DNA of 64,000 nucleotides from the human T2T-CHM13v2.0 reference genome, Homo sapiens, in assembly GCF_009914755.1 (NCBI RefSeq), contig NC_060926.1; one strand, written 5' to 3'. Position 1 is the first letter of the stretch, and the number at the start of each line of letters is the position of its first letter. Below, in pieces: positions 63,341 through 64,000 of this stretch. The notes beneath the pieces are model-generated. The model did no database searches. It saw only the letters and a list, made by a program, of their open reading frames with translations, and was not told the origin of the DNA. The position numbers and the translations under genes were made by a program.

Positions 63341-63639
63341 AAGAATAGCTGTTGGATTTCTGGGCAAGACCTTCTTTAAATTTTCATCCAGAAATAACCA
63401 GAATACACTGGTGTTGTCATTGGTTCCCAGGGGCTCAGGAGGACAGGAAAGAGAAAAGGGGGAAAAAAGGAGTTGAGAGAGTGAGGACTGAGTCAAAGAC
63501 GAGGGCGAAAGTGAGTGAAGGGAGAGGTACCATTTTGTGATTGCAAACTCTTACCCTTCCTTCACCCTCCACTGTTTAGAATTTAAAAGTTTTGGCCAAG
63601 AAAAAAGTGTTAAGACTGCTTTTTGATTAATTATAATAC

Positions 63640-63711
63640 CTTCACGTGGTGTCATCTCTTTGGGCTTTGCAACAACTTTTTTGGCATCTTTCTTCACAGC
63701 CTTTTTGGTAA
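63640..63711 (-). CDS. TTN: Exon 112 VTKKAVKKDAKKVVAKPKEMTPRE (first PEVK exon)
   Basis: 72 nt, long poly-T acceptor, GT donor. Confidence 0.94.
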
Positions 63712-64000
63712 CTAAAAAAAAAAAAAAAGAAAAAAAAAGAAAAAATATTTCTGGTGTAAGTAACTAAAATGCTTTCAGGAAACTAGGAATTTTATTGAAA
63801 TATTTTATTTTTCCATATGTTGATAGTAGCGAGATTCTGCATATTACTACAAGATATTTGTTTTGGAAAGATCTAGGACTAGATGCAAAAAAATTGTTTT
63901 GGAGGGATATAGAAAATGTACTGTGATCTTACATCTTCACTGATTTTATGTCTGCTGAGAGTTAAAGTTTTCAGAACATGGAGTGTGAATCTAAGTGATA

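Overview
Human genomic DNA (it carries a near-consensus AluYa5) lying entirely inside the titin gene TTN, which is transcribed on the minus strand. I mapped 117 coding exons by their AG/GT boundaries: the complete PEVK spring region plus the first distal I-band Ig exons. Counting from the N2B PEVK anchor exon (VPGGEKKVRK..., exon 219) gives exactly exons 112-225 for PEVK and 172-180/181-189/190-198 for the triplicated block, matching the established 363-exon numbering (add 1 in the 364-exon scheme). All complete exons are phase 1-1 and a multiple of 3. The window also holds two near-identical 5'-truncated L1PA4-like insertions inside the 4261-bp triplication, four Alus, a MADE1, and older L1, L2 and MIR fragments. 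There is no prokaryotic-type system, RNA gene or CRISPR array. Signals not explained by the standard exon set: (1) about 12 extra PEVK-like pseudo/cryptic exons, two with intact frame and AG/GT sites; (2) a stereotyped 3' splice site, ACUAAU-A-UCUU-U-(C/A)AAG, that places QKI/SF1-type and RBM20-type motifs in tandem and is lost in specific paralogues; (3) three stop-containing cassettes in introns 217-218; (4) a recombinant middle block of the triplication; (5) an apparent acceptor shift at exon 113. All coordinates and counts were done by eye.
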